A DNA stretch of 64,000 nt from Vicugna vicugna. Its lineage: Eukaryota. The stretch covers positions 628,523 through 692,522 of the forward strand of contig MU058815.1 in the NCBI GenBank assembly GCA_013265495.1, given 5' to 3'. A program made the translations under genes and the position numbers. The notes under the pieces were generated by a model. It had not been told where the DNA came from and made no database searches. It was given only the letters and a program-made list of their open reading frames with translations. This document shows, piece by piece, positions 36,081 through 50,570 of the stretch. The number at the start of each line of letters is the position of its first letter. The stretch's first letter is position 1.

Positions 36081-39000
36081 CATTGTTTCCTGAGTATAAA
36101 TTCTTGACTCTCTGACTGCTTTGGTGCATGAGGGCTTAGATACCCAGCCTCATCATTATTGGACAATTACACATTATGGGAAAATAATCTTTTACTTGAT
36201 AAAAAGATAATCTTGATTATGCCAAAAGAGGTCTTGTATAAGTTGTTTTTACTGCCCTAAGCTGGTATATTTACTTCCAATGTGTGCATATTTTTGATCA
36301 CAGAATAATTTGCAGCATGGTTAACTCTTAGTGGTCACCAAATCAAGTTTAATATCTTTCTCAATAGATAAAACAACTTTCTGCTTCATAAGTTAAGCAA
36401 AAGTCTTTTTTGCTGGAGCTGGGACTGAAATTCAAGTCTGCTGCTTTGTTGCCTCATGTCATCCAATGATTTAGGGACAGATTTAGAAATACATAGAAGA
36501 ATATCAAGTAAAGTGTTAGGCATACTGTAAAGTTATTTTATTTATTTTGTACTTTAACAAAATACTTATGTAACACTTATGAAGTGTCGGATCTGGTTCT
36601 GTTTTAAATACTGACCATTTATAATTCAGTAGTCCATGAGTGGCATAAACGTGTAGCTGTGGGGTCTGACACACACAAAAGAACATCAGTAGCATGTCTG
36701 AAAATAGAATTGCTCCGCAATGAGTCAAACCAGGATTCTACAGTTTGTCAGGGCGTTCTTACTAGCAGACTCTCAGTGTATCGCTTTTCGCCAACCACTT
36801 TTTTGTGGGCTCACCACTTCTGATGGTCCGCACTTCAGCCCTGCTTGGCTGTTTTGATCAAGGTTTCGTTCTCTCTGCATTTTTCCAACAGTATTGTAAC
36901 ATCTTCAGCATGATTCAAAGTTCTATAAAAACCTCCTTTAAGAGAATTTGAGAGAATCCTGCAAATTAAATTTCTCTGCGTGTGTCATCTGACTTCTCTG
37001 AAACCCCTTCCTAGCGTTTGCTTGATAGAATCACCTGTGGGTGGGTCTGATACTTCTAGACAGCACATTTCTGGAGAGCAGGAACTCTTTTGTGCAGGTT
37101 CAAGCAACATGGCAAAGCCTTGAGATTCTGTGCGCCCAGGCACACCTCCTTCAGGCAAGGCCTAGCTAGGGTTTGAGCTAGGTGGCTTGCCCCGGGTCCT
37201 GTGTCTAGTTGGTGGTGGAAGGGTTGGTCTGTCACACCGCCTGTTGACCCTTAGCCTTGTGTTCTTCTTTACACCACACAGCTCAAGCCAGTCATGACCT
37301 GATTGTTCTTACATGACAGTGGCCTTCCAGTAAGCCAGTAAGTAGATACTGGGCCCTAAGATACGCCTGGCATAGCAGCGTGGGACCAGGGAGGACATAA
37401 GAGGACAGTAGAAAGAACCATCATGTACTTACTATTATGCCACCAAGTAGAATTTTTTAGTTTTCATCCTTATAATAAAACGTTATTCTGGGGACATACC
37501 CCACTGCCTTTGCTCGTGTGCCCACCGCAGATGATACGCGTCGCCGTTAGATCTGAGGATGTGTGTGTGTGTTCACTTCAGTGTCGCCAAGCTGCTCATC
37601 TTCACTGTGCTGTATTTTGTTTATGGTTTTTTTGATAATAAATTACGCATCTGTGTTTGTAAGGGAGATTGTGACTTCTCTTGAAACGAAAGATGTCCTG
37701 TCTTGTTAACAGCCATGCCCCGACCTCCACCATACTCTTCCAGTTTGCCGATTTCTTTGGTCTCAGCATTTCCTGCTGTGAAGCACAATGCTAATGTCTG
37801 GATTACATGTAAATTCCAGCAAGGCGGAAGGAGTGAAAGAGGATGAAGGAAGTCTTCCACTGCGACAAATTAAGAAATAAAAATTCTTGAGGAAATGGTT
37901 ATGGATACAAAAACCGTTAATGAGAATTTATTTCCTGAAGCTGAGGTGGTTTTCACATTCCACCCCACCCCGCAAATCATTATTAGATAACATGTTAATA
38001 GAATAAAGGAGAAAAATCCAGAAATCACCGTAGTAGATGCAGAAAATAATTTGGTATAATCCAATATCTTAAATGACTTATTTTTCTATTGCATCGTATT
38101 TTTGACAATCCTAATTGGCTTCTTGCATTTAACAGAGTAAAACCTAATCCTGTTTGGTGCTTGTTCGAGGCCTACGTGTCCATTTCTTACGAAGTCCTTA
38201 GGGCATGTGTTTTAAATTGTGAATCAATAAGTAAAACGAATCCAACTAGAGTACTGTGTATAGTAGACAGGAATCCTGGTATTAAATAAAAAACCTGCCC
38301 CCCCCACCAAATTAAGCAATATTACGTTATCCCTGACATGCATGATGATTTCCATCTCTGGAATAAAAGAAGACATGAACATAGGAAGTGCCTGCTGCTC
38401 AATTATTAAGGTGAATTTCAGAAAGATTCCCTTTTCTATTGAATCATTGCTTATTTCAGTAGAATATGGGGAAGCGATAGAGAGGCCATTAATATACTGC
38501 ACATTTTATCTCTCCCCTAATTCTACTGATGCTGGTGTCTTCATTTAATGTGCTAATATTCAGTTGAGAAACTTCAGCTTTCTGGGTTTTTTTGACAAAT
38601 AATTTGAGTCCTCAACAACCACAGGTTTTTTTTTTTTAATTAATTCAAGTGGTCAACAGGTTATCGAGTTTGTTCAGATAATACGCCCCTTAGGTGTGGA
38701 CCTCTTTCTAAGGTGAAAAGAACTTTCACAGCTTAAATGTCAGGATACACCGTTGCAGTGCTTCATCACACGGGGTGGTCCGTCTCCATCCTCCTTCCTC
38801 AGCACCCGTCCAGTGCCTTAGGTAGCTGATTTTCCCTCAGGTAGGCGCCCAAATCTGTACCATGGTGTTAGGTCTGCTCTCGCTGGCCTGCTTTGAACTT
38901 CAAGCCCTAAATGCATGTTGTGTTTCTCTCTGAGATCCTAGGGGTACGGCCATTTGAAAAGCCTTCATTATTTATTGCCGTTGATGTGTGCTGTTCTACC

Positions 39001-39499
39001 TCTGTGTGAGGGCTGATTGATGGGGGGTTACATGAACACCCCCCACCCCTGCTTGTTTTTCATGCGAGTAATGTGAGCTTTCTGTTTTAGATAATTTACT
39101 GTGTTTTCTGCTGTGGACAAAGCAGGAAGTGAGCTCACTGCTGTAGCACAAAAAGGCGTGATTGATGACGCGGGTATAAAACAAGCCAAGAGTCATGGTC
39201 CTCATGTGTGTAATAGGTTTTGTCAAGTGAGGGACAAATGGAAGTGATGCAAAGGGAGATAATGGAAATAAAACTGAGAAATTAGCTCTCTATTTTTATT
39301 TTCTTTAATGGCACCATCCGGGATTAAAAGACTTCAGAGCACATAGGACCAGTGAGTCCAAAATTGTGTTGTAATTATACAATCCATTATTTTCATGTGA
39401 GCTCTTGGATCATGTTTTATCGGAGATTTTTTTTCTGAGACATTTTTATGAATAAATGGAAAGGTGTTTCTGGCAGATATCGAAATTTTACAATTGACT

Positions 39500-40900
39500 T
39501 CAGAGATGTAGAGAGCTGGAAAGAGCATTGTTGGAAATTAATGTCTTTTCCAAACCCATCAGAGAACTGAGGTTACAGGACAAATGATCAGCAGAAAGTC
39601 TAGAGAGTGACAGGCACCCACAGGGAGAAACAGGAACGTGGCATTCATTTACACAAGACAGACAGGCTGAATGAATCATAAGCTCAAACAAAGATTGAGC
39701 TAGACAATTTTAACAAGTTGAGCAACAAAACAACCAACCAAATGCTGGATTATAACCCAAAGAATAAAACAAGTGTCCTTGAGTCCACACTAATATAAAA
39801 AATTTATTGACCATGAAAATAAATTACAGAAAAATTACAACCAATATATGAAGATATATGGATATGGTTATCCATGCCTCCAAGAGATTGAGTTTAATTT
39901 CCCTGCCCTTGAGCAGGTGCTGAATTTAGTGATTAGCTTCTAGCTAATAGAGATTTGAGAAAGATGAAGAATAACAGTGGAGAAACCTGGTGGGTACCAC
40001 CTAAGCCAGGTGCTCAAGACAGCATCCCCAGTTGTAAGTCACATTGGTATCATACATGTCCTGAGATGACGCCTTAAAAGGGCACTTAACCTTTGTCCGA
40101 TACTTTCCCCAAACCCATAATCCAAGTCTAATCATGAGAAAATGTAAGAAAAAAAAGATCTTCAAAACCGAAAAAGTCATGAAAAACAAGAAAAGACTGA
40201 GAGACCGCGACAGATTGAGGATGACTAAGTGCAGTATGTTATTCTTGTTTGGATCCTGGAACAAAGGTCATTAATGGAAAAGCTGATGAAATTATAGTGA
40301 AACCTGTAGTCTAGTTAACAGTGTAGTGCCAATGTAAATCTGTTTGTATTAACAGACGTACTGTGGTTACATAAGCAATTTCTCCTATCCTCGCAGTAAG
40401 AAAACTCTGGACAAGTCAGAAATCGACTTTTCTTGAACTCGTCAAAGCACTAAGATCGCAAGGCTAACAGCCATCCTGAAATTTGGAGAGAGAGGCACAT
40501 CCAGGGAGACACAGGAGCCCAGACCTGTTTACCTGGGGCGGGACAGGTAGGATGACTTAAATGGTCATTTTGACAAATCTCTAGAGGCCAGTTGTGACTA
40601 GGTGAGCCACAGTCTTGGGGGCTCTCCCTCCTAGAACCCCTGCAGTTTCTCATGGGGAAGATGGAGAAGGGCGCTCTGGTGGCTCTGGAGGGGGTGAGAG
40701 GGACAGGGTGGTCGCTGAGAGGATGTGAACTGTTCTGAAATATGCCCCGAGCTTTCTGTGTAACAGAACTCTACCCTCTGGAGAAAGCATTTGGCCAGAG
40801 TGCAGTACTGAAATCTTATTCCTGCTAGGGGAGATAAATTCTCCCCCAGTTCAGCCTTCTGCATCTTTTCTTCCTCACATGAGGGGGGCACGTGAGGGGA
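39500..40900 (+). mobile_element. Cluster of ancient L1M (L1MC/MD-like) fragments
   Basis: aacagtggagaaacctgg, cccataatccaagtctaatcatgagaaaa, ggatcctggaaca; related 5'-type segments at ~39510-39700 and ~40400-40560. Confidence 0.6.
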
Positions 40901-40919
40901 ACATACCAACAGTGGATAG

Positions 40920-43500
40920 TGTTTGCCAGCAAAACTCTGGGTGCTGATGCACAGCGAGGCCAGACAAACGGAAACGCTGGAGTTTGAAGCAGAGGAAGGT
41001 TTGTTGCAGGGCCACACGAGGAAGACAGGTGGTTCGTGCTCAAGAAATCTAAACACCTCGATGGTTTTTGGGGAGAAGTTTTCATAGGCAGGGTTTGGGG
41101 TGGGGGCTGAAGGGTGTGTGACCTTCTCCTGGGTGGCTGGTGGCAAGGTAAAAGGCTCGGTGCTGGTCTTATCAGTGGGTCAAGGCAGAAGTAGAAGGGT
41201 TGTGTTTTCCTGGGCACAGGTGAACAACGGGGAGACCCGCAGGTCTCAGGGGAGCCCTGAGAAGGTGTGGGTAGCGAATCTTATCTAAGTGGTACACGAA
41301 AGGTGTTTATCAGAAAACAGAAGGATGGGGTGATTCCTTAACTCTTGCTATTTTCTGAGATCACAAGACACAGTAAAATTCAACATTGTGGGGCCTTGGT
41401 TTTGTTCAAGACCAACAAATGTCAGTCATTGTTGAATGACTCAAAGGCAATCGTAAACCTTTGAGTGGGGCAAAACAGGGTCTAGGGCATAAGTCCTGAA
41501 GTCCCTTGTTTGACGTTCCTGCAAAATCACTGAGCCTTTGTTGAGAAGAAGTGGAAAAGATGAGTTGTTTTAGAGTCCCGGCAATCAAGCATCTTAAAAG
41601 AGGAATTTAAGAAATAAAAAGGAGAAATATTAATATAAAATATGATAGTAAGTAAAGGGACTGTGCCCTCTTCACCGTGTAAAGATCAGAGACCAAATCA
41701 TAAAATTTTAAATTACGCTTAGTAACTAATTTTCAGTATTTTATCTTGCTTATAAATGATACAGGCACTTAAAGAACACTATTACTTAATTCAACTGATC
41801 TGAAGCCCAAGGTTTTAAGTTGCCTAAAGAGCTTGGAAGCCATCTTCATACTACAGATTGTAAGTGCTTTTAAAACAGGGTTGGTCTGAATAATGATTCA
41901 ATTTGGTTAAACACAGACTTACATTTTTCGTAATCCAGAACATCTGGTACATAGAATGCTACTTTATTCAATCAGAAAACCTTTGTAAGTTTAGAAAGAG
42001 CACATCCAAGTAGAGTAAAAGCACATGATGTTGAAAACATAGCTGTTTTTATTGAACCAATAATATTAGTCTTTTTTGACAAAGATTTATCTTAATTATG
42101 TAAACCTGAATTTTAAGAACCTTTGAGTTAATTTCTGTAAGAACGCTCTCTTAAGCAGATGAAAATATCACAAGTTCAGTTTTCTTTCTTTCTGGGAATT
42201 TTAGAACAATTCAATTTACGTAAGTATTTATCTTTAAGCTAATCAAAATTGAGGTCCCTTTAGGAAATTTCATGCTATAATTTTGAAATACTGTCCAGAG
42301 GTAGAAAATTAGTACACATTTATAGACACCGAAACATACAGACAGACACAAACAGAGAGCTTCTGTTCTAAAACTTCGGCCATGGATGGGGCAGAAGCAC
42401 AGAAATACAAGCGCATGATCCCCGGGTCACACAGGAAGCTAACCCCATCCTTGCCCCGCCAGGACCTGTGGAGAAGGTCTTCAAGGTTTCCTTTGCGCTG
42501 ATGTGATACGTCACGGAGGCTGTGGGCTAAATGCTGAGCAGGCGGCCAGGAAGAGACCAAGTCGCCATCTGAGTGTCTCCAAAGTCCGTCTGAGTGGATG
42601 CAGCTTGTTTCCAGTGAGCTTTTCAGCCCCGGGGACGAGCAGGTTGCCGCGCCTTGGCATCTCTAAGTAGAGTTTCCGTCTTGGAAGAAGGCTGAGCGAG
42701 GGGAGGTATGCGGGTGGCAGAGGACGAGTTTTCTTGGGAAGCGGCTGTGCTGACAGATTTGTCAGTCAGGGCGTTTCCTTGGCTTTGGGGGGTCTGGCTT
42801 CTAACGTGAGCTTTGGTTGAGAATGGCTAGTTACTTGGTTTGCACTAAGTCTTCTAACAAGTCAGTGGTGCGCGTTCTCACTTTTGGTGGGCTTTCTTGC
42901 ACTTGTCGTGGAGCCTCTTTGTTTCCCTTAAAGGGGGGCTTAGGGGCCTCGGCAGAAGCAAGGAAGTCGGGTGGTCAGTGGGAGCCATCTGGGGGAAGGG
43001 TGCTGGGTGGAGTCAGGGCTCTGGAGGGTGAGGCCCCCGGAGAGCAAAGGGTGCTGGTTTCCAACGGGGAGGTTCCTTTCTTCCCAGAAGCTTTGCCGCA
43101 GCTGTGGGGCTGACGCTGGGCAGACTGTGCCGGGCAGTAAGAGGCTCTGACTCCGAACAGAAAGAGGTCTAGAAAGGCATGTCGCGCGGCGGACAGTGCG
43201 GATGTCTGTCCCTTCTGGAGTCCTCTGCCCCTCCTCGGACTGCGTGGCCTCGGCTTCAGAGTCGTCCTGCAGGGAGCCAGGTTTCTCTTCCCCCCCGCGG
43301 ATGGCCAGCGCGACACTCTGTGGGTACCCTTGCTCTGACTAACTAATTAATGTTTCTTCTCCACTAACTTCTTCTTTTAGGGAGTGAGCCGGTCCACCCC
43401 CTGTCCTACTGTAAGTTAGATAACCTGAGTATTAGGAACAAGGAGTGAACGACCCGGCCTCTTGGCTACGCCTGGCCTCCTGCATCTGCGTTCAGTGGTG
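40920..43500 (-). mobile_element. Decayed ERV1-like element: LTR (~40920-41170) plus non-coding internal remnant
   Basis: LTR-like text (gaggccagacaaacggaaac..ggagtttgaagcagag, ttttcataggca) followed by AT-rich then GC-rich internal-like sequence; no gag/pol/env ORF recognised. Confidence 0.5.
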
Positions 43501-46088
43501 GCTTCCTGCTTTAAGGGGTGTGGTGTTAATAGGAGTGAAGCCAGCGAGGCGAACGGGCCTGAGAGGCCTGGACACACGTGCTAGACCCTGGAGCAGGCTG
43601 GTTCCCGCAGTCCTGTGTCAGCACGCGAGGCACAGGGCGTTCTGGAGGCGCAGGAGCGGTTGGGACCACTGGGTCAGGGGTAGCAGCTGTGGTGTGTGAA
43701 GTTCCAGACACATAATTAGGGTGTGTTTGTGCAAAAGAAACCCTGTTCACAGTAAACAGATTAAGGGTGCCTGAGGGCAGGAGCACAAAGAGAACCGCTG
43801 TGCTTGCAGGTAGGTAGGCAAAGGGGCTGCGGAGTACTGACACGAGCCTCTGCAGTGGTGTGATTTGCAGATTAGAAAAATATTGTGAGGTTGAATTTGT
43901 TTATAAACAAAGTCCTTTAAAATAACCCCTTGAGCCAAGCAATTCTTACTTCCTATCAGTATCATTAGGAAAACCAGTGAGATAGTCTCACACATCACAA
44001 TTGCTGAATCTGCGTATTGACTAGAAGCCCAGATGTGTCCATCACCTCTCAGACAGCAGGAGACGGTACGCACCTTGATACCAAGTTTAACGGATTTGTA
44101 TTTCTAAATAAGGTGGCCAAGGAGGTATGGTTGTCAGGTCTCCCTTCAGAAGAGCCTGTTGTGAGGAGTGTGAGAAAGTGCCAGCCCTCAGCGGCTGCAC
44201 CTCTGGGCCTTTTTTTTTTTTTTAAAGGAGGGAATATCAACCTTTATTTACACTTGGGTTCAAGTTCAGAGCCATCTCAGACAGTACAGCAAAGTGGGGG
44301 GAAAAAGAAAACAACAGCTCCCCAGTTTCAAGTTCCAACACAAGCATTCCGACTGTGTGACACCCGGCACCTGTTACCCGCGGTTTCTTCAGTAAAGTGG
44401 GGAGGGCGTCCCCCAGCTTCCAGCGGCTGCTGCTGCCCCCGTCCCCACCGCCGCCCCCGGCGCAAGGTTGCAGGCAGCTGGGCTGGGAGAACACGGCTTC
44501 CAGGGCTTGGCCCTGCTGGGTGGGGTGGGACCTGTGAGTTGCTGAACCTTACAGGTGGCCCCTGACCTCAAGCTTTCACCAAAGGCAAGAAATTGCAACT
44601 CGAATTGGTGCAAGGGCCGAGCGAGAAACACTGCACGTGAGTGTTCAATAAATACTGTTTACAAGTCTTGCCCAGGACGGGGACAGAGGGCCTTTGTACA
44701 CAGGTGAGTTCTGACGCCTCAGACCCCTCTGCAGACTTCACCCTGAGGCCGTGCTCCCCCAGGCTGCTCCCAGCCAGCGTTCTGCCTAATGGATCAGGGC
44801 CCTCCTTGTCCAGGGTGGGATTCCCGTGGCTGGCAGCCTGTGCTCTGGGGCTCCCCAGACACCTAGCTGAGGACTTCTTGGAGCTGCACTGAAGTCTGAG
44901 GCTTTTCTTGCACAAGGCTCCCTCTTTCCCTGCCTCCTTTCGCAGGTGTCAGATCTGCAAGGCAGTTAGAATGCATTTCCCTCCTACTCCCTGCTCCATC
45001 ATTTTTAATTTTTTTATCCTCCCAGGCATTTCTGATAAATCACTTACATGTCTGATTTCTGGCGTGGGATTCAGCTGGCCGGTGCGAGAGCGGTAAAAGA
45101 ATTTACCAGAGACAAAGGATGGAAATAGGAAAGGACTGTATTAGGTGCACTGCCACAGACAACAGAGGGCCACCCCGATGGGGTGGCTGTGGGAGCCCTG
45201 GTGGTGGGGTGTTGGGCTCCTTTATAAGGGAGAGTAGCCCTTAGCTCCTTGTGCTTACGTGGCATCAGGCACAAAGAGGGTTGCTGCGTGCGTGATCAGC
45301 TCATGCAAAATTCTCTGGTTTGTTGATGCTGAGATCATAGGGAAGGGAGGTGGTCGTGGAAGGGCAGGGCTGGGGAGTTTGGGACGGCGCTGTGGGTTTT
45401 GGTGGGGGTCTTGGTGGGTCCTGGTACTCAGGCTTCCAGGCCTTGTATGGATGATCATTGTCGCAGCTGAGGCAGGTGTGTGTAAGAAGGGAATGTTCTG
45501 TGTTATCTTTAAAGGGCAGCAGCCGGGAGCCTGAGGGGCCTCAGAGCAGGAACCTGCCAGACGTCTGTGGGCCCCATAATTTCGTCTTGGCATCTGCTTT
45601 CAAGAAAACCCTAAGTGATCCACTCAGAAAAATAAAAGTTTCCCCTGGACTCCTCTATACTCCACTGATCTGTAGCAAGTGGGTCCTCTTCCGAGAATGA
45701 ATGGCGACACTCAGCTCAGCTTAACATTCAAGGCAGAAAAGCAAGGATTATTTTTTCTCTCCAGAAAATGCACGATCCATTGGGACTACAGGTAATAAAA
45801 CTTGGGGAATCACAAGAGGCATCTCCCAAGGACTGGAGATGCTTCATCAGGATTTAACCCAGACAGGACATTGTCTTGTGAAACTGACAGATCTTAAATT
45901 CAGTAGATCAAAAATTGTTTAAATTCTATAAGTCTAGAAAGGTCTTGCTTATTCTTTTAAGCTTAAAAATGTGCATGATTCATGACAGGTTCATTCTTCT
46001 CAAGGATTTTACATTCTTACGAGTGATTTTCTTTTTCTTTCAAGGCAAAGTAATTCAGATCCTAATTAAGAGGATAAATAGGTACCAT

Positions 46089-46672
46089 TGAGACAGGAAG
46101 GGGGCAGGGCACAGCCACTAAAGGAATGCTACTGCAGTTAACACCAAAATGGTGGAAGATTCAACCCCTAGTAGACCCTGAGGCTCAGGATGATGAGAGA
46201 TTTAACTTCTAGTAGATCTTGAGCTTCATTACACGCCCATTGTAATATATTAACATGGGGAATAACACGCCCACAGGCACCATGGCAGTCCCGAGGCTGG
46301 CCACAAAAGGTCACAGAGTGGGAAATGGCCAACTTCCTGGGAATCCCAGCCCCTTCCCCTTAGGCTGGCCCTTCCACTTATTAGCATATGAAGCCACTGA
46401 TCCCACAAAAACTAGCGGCCGCCTCTCTCTCTGTCTGTGGAGTGTGTACCTACTTTTAATCTGAGCACCCAACCCCCACACCTTGTGGCCTTTCTCTTGC
46501 CTTTCAGTTTATGTCTTTGAATAAATCTACCTTCACTCAACTGTGGCTCACTCTTGAATTCTTTTCCTGCATGAAGCCAAGGACCCCACACTTGGTGGGA
46601 CACATCCCAGGGGCTCAACGGAAGCCTGGGACACAGCCCTCCTTACGCCCCACATCTGTTTTTCCTGCATCA
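46089..46672 (+). mobile_element. Complete ERV1-class solo LTR (584 bp)
   Basis: TGAGACAGGAA...TTCCTGCATCA imperfect inverted termini, exact 4-bp TSD CCAT (46085-46088, 46673-46676), AATAAA 46520-46525. Confidence 0.92.
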
Positions 46673-47069
46673 CCATGTATGGTTTCCTGCACACCCCCCT
46701 TTTCATACCCAATGCACCGTTTCCTCTTCAGCAACATCTGCTTAAGTCTCCAGTCTAGCTGAGATCCTTCTAGGCTGCTCTGTAACTCATCAACTCAAAA
46801 TACTTAGCTCAAGCACTTAAAAGAATATTTTGGCTCTTGGAGCCAGAACCCGCTCATTCTGCCTTGCAGCCCCCTGCCCCCACCTCACCACCTGGCCTGT
46901 CTCATCTTGTCACTTATGTCTCAACACAGATGACCCTTCAGTGGGAGCCCTCGCCCCCAATCCTTCGTCTAAAGTCACCTCTTCCCATCTTTTTCTCCTT
47001 GGCTGATTTTTCATGGCCTTTATTACTAAGTGAACTTTTTTTGTTTGTGTGCTGCTTTCTGATTAAGGA

Positions 47070-47630
47070 AATGTAAATTAAAACACAGTGAGATCCCGTT
47101 TCCCAAACACCAAATTGGACACTTAAAAAGGGTGACATTGTCTATAAACTGCTCTTAGGGATGTAAATTGTTACAACTAGTTTGGAAAACAAGTTTCTCA
47201 TAATGTAGTAGATGTGAAGTAGTAGATGTGAAGCTGTATGCACCTTTGATACAGCAATTGCAGTGTGTGTAACTCAGAGACATGCCAGCCCCTTTATCTA
47301 GAAACTCCATCTGAGAACAGTCACAGCTGCCTTTACTGGAATATCAAAAATGAGGGAAAACACAATCCAGTCCATTAGAACGGATACATTTGCTCAATAC
47401 AGTTTTGTAGTGGGATGCCGTAAAGCCATGACAAGAGACTACAGCACATTTTCACAACAGTAAATATTATAAACGTAACATTGTGCAAAAAAGCAAGTTG
47501 CAGAATATGCACAGTCTGATTTCACTTATTTAAAGTCCAAAATATGCAAATCAAAGCAATGTCTTAGTTAGCAGTATATTCATATTGATGAAACCGTAAA
47601 GAAAAGCTGAAAACGATGAACAGGATAGGA
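47070..47630 (+). mobile_element. Highly decayed L1ME-like 3' fragment
   Basis: ggaaatgtaaattaaaacacagtgaga, gtaaattgttacaactagtttggaaaac, aaaaagcaagttgcagaa. Confidence 0.55.
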
Positions 47631-48574
47631 TTAAAGAAGGGCCCGCAGAAGCCTGCACGGATGGGGGTGTGTTTTCTCTTCAGGCGGGGTGGGCTGCACA
47701 TGAGCGCTCATTTGTTTTTGTACGTCTTTGCGTAACTTCCACACGTTACGCTGCAAGTTTTAAAAGATAAAGCAAAATAATGACGTCAACCAACAAGTGG
47801 GAAAAGGAATAGAGCGATAACAACAAGTGAAAGTGAGCCCCGTCTGCTGGAAAGTATTCCGCGGGACACAGAAACGCACGTTCCAACGGCTGCTCTGTGC
47901 CCCGGGGCAAAGCTTTGTTCCACAGCGTCCTAATGATTTCGGTGAGGTTTCCAGGTTTCGAAACAGTGATTCTCTGTTGCCTCCTGGCTGCCTTGTACAC
48001 AGCAAGCTGGATTCAGATAAAACACTCCTGACAGCTTCTGAACCTTAAACACAATATAGAATTCTATTTCGTCTTTGGCACATGCCACCGACACTTTTTT
48101 CTGGAGTTGGATGATGATGGTTTATAGCTGTGGGTCTCATGCCACCATGTGACCATACCTGGCCCCAGGTGTACCACAGCAAAGCCTCTTAGAATCAGGT
48201 GACCCTCACAAATGGAAAAACTGAATCCACAATGGCTATAAGGCAACGAGACATCAGATCAAACGTGTTTGACTTCAAACTAACGGCTTTCTGGGTTAAC
48301 CAACCCTGGGGCATATATGCAGTAGCCACTGTGAAAGGTACTTTTAAGGACCTAAAAATGTACATTACTGAGAAGGATGACAATTCAAATACTTAACTAT
48401 CTTCATAGTAATTTAAATATGACTTTTATGCATTACAGATTGTTTTGTGTAACAGTGAGTGGAGAGGAAGGGTGGGGTAGGGACAATGTCCTGCATGTGA
48501 ACACAGTCCGGCACTTTTAAGTGTCTCCTTGGTCTCACCAAGCCTCAGTTTCCTATTCAGTGAAAACCGAAGAG

Positions 48575-49620
48575 TGACTGTGGGTTAGGCAAAGTCCTAG
48601 ATACAGCATGGAAAGTGCAAGTGATTAAATAAAGATAAGTTGGTCTTCATCAGAATTCAAACGTTTTGAACTTCAGAAGACACCGTTAATGAATGAAAGA
48701 ACAAGCCACAGGTTGGGAGAAAAAAATTCAAAGCAAATATATGATAAATGACTTGTATCTAAATTATATTTTAAAAGCATACTCAATTACCAGAAGATAA
48801 AAATGCAGTGAAAAATAAACAATTTTTGGAACAGACATTTCCTCAAAGAAGATGTAGGTAGAAATGGCTAATGAGCACCTGCATGATTCTCCAGTATTAT
48901 TAGCTTCAGAGAAATGCAAATGAGATCCACAATGAGATGCTAATTCGCAGTCACTAGGATGACTAAAAAAAGCAATGAACAGTAAGAAGTGGTGCTGGAG
49001 ATGACATGGAGAAACTGGAACCCTAATTCACTCCTCAGGGGAATATAAAAGAGGCTGCCACTTTGGAACACCATCTGTCCCATTTGAAAATTAACACATT
49101 TACCATACGATCCAGCAGATACTCTCTTGAGTATCCGTCCAAGAGAAATGAAACTATGCGTCTGTAAAAAGACTTGCACACGAATATTCATAGCAGCCCG
49201 GTTTATTATAACCCAAAAGAAATAATACAAATGCCCATCCATGCTGCAACACGGATAGACATTAGGATATAGTACGTTAAATAAATTTTTAAAAGCACAA
49301 ATTGTAAAATTTCATTTATATGAAATGCTCACAGAAGACAAATTTATAGAGAGAGAAAGTACGTTCATGGTCATGTAGAGCTGGAGTGGGAAAGAGTAGC
49401 TGCAGATGAACATGAGGAATCTTAATGTGGGGGGTGGAAATGTCCTACAATTGGATTTTTTTTTGTTAGTTGCACACCAGTACAAACTTACTAGGAACTA
49501 TTGAATTTTACACTTGAATTTGGTGACTTACATATACATACACATGGTAGATGTCTATGTATGTATTTATAGGGGACGTGTATAGGATACACACATAGAT
49601 AAAGCTGGTAAAAATAAAGT
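48575..49620 (+). mobile_element. L1M ORF2-end/3'UTR fragment
   Basis: agacatttcctcaaagaagat, gaaatgcaaat, taccatacgatccagca, aaagacttgcacacgaatattcatagcagc. Confidence 0.8.
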
Positions 49621-50134
49621 AAAGTAGTAACTTGCAGTGTTGTGGCAAAAAGTGGACTCAGAGCTTGGCATTTCAGGGCTAGTCAGTGAGCGGCCGCTGT
49701 GAGTTCACCGCTGTCTTGGTTTCTGACTCTTCTTTGTCATCATTTCAACTTCTTAGCTACTGTGCAAGGTTATTATCCTGACACCAGGCTTGTATGTGTA
49801 CTCAAAACGTGGAATGATAACCCACTTTACCCCCTACATTCTTGTGCCATTTAGATAAAAAAAAAAGAACATGAAGAATGTGCAGTATCATCCCCTACAG
49901 ATGGAATTATGTCCGTAATTCAGTTAGACCTTATCAGCATTCGAAAGTGCTTCCCCAGAATTCTAATCCATGAAGTAAAGGGCCGGCTGTTTCTAAGTCT
50001 TCACTTCATAGTGAAACCAAGTTATTTAATAGCATTTGCATCTCCTGAATCTTAGGAAGCTGTTTATATTTTTAAACTTTGGCAGCTTTCTTTTATAATG
50101 CTCTTGTAAAATATTTTTTAAAATCCTTTAAGCT

Positions 50135-50200
50135 TATAATTATAGTTATATAATAGTTACATAATTATAATAATTATAATAATATAATAATTATATAATT
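50135..50200. repeat. AT-rich low-complexity (TATAAT-like) repeat
   Basis: Directly visible. Confidence 0.8.
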
Positions 50201-50570
50201 AGAGATACAACCAAGAAAAGAGAATAAAAGCCAAAATTCTGATAGCAGAGCAGATTTTACAGGCCATCGGAAACTTTGAGAGCTACAAACTTTAACTAAC
50301 ACTTTATGTTTGGAGGCTAATGGTTAAAACCAGGGCATTTTGCTGCCCTTCTGTCTATAAGAAGCATGCTTTAAATAGTGAATATAAAAACCAATATGGG
50401 AGAAACTCCACCAGTGATGCAAACATTTTGCTTTTCTTTGCATATTCTTAAGGGTCTCTTTCAAATTTTATGCTTGCTTCTTGGCTTGACCAAAGCACCT
50501 CACCACTCACCGAAAGTGTTGGTATTTTAACTGGGATCACATAAAACGTGTAACTTCACTTCAGAATAAC

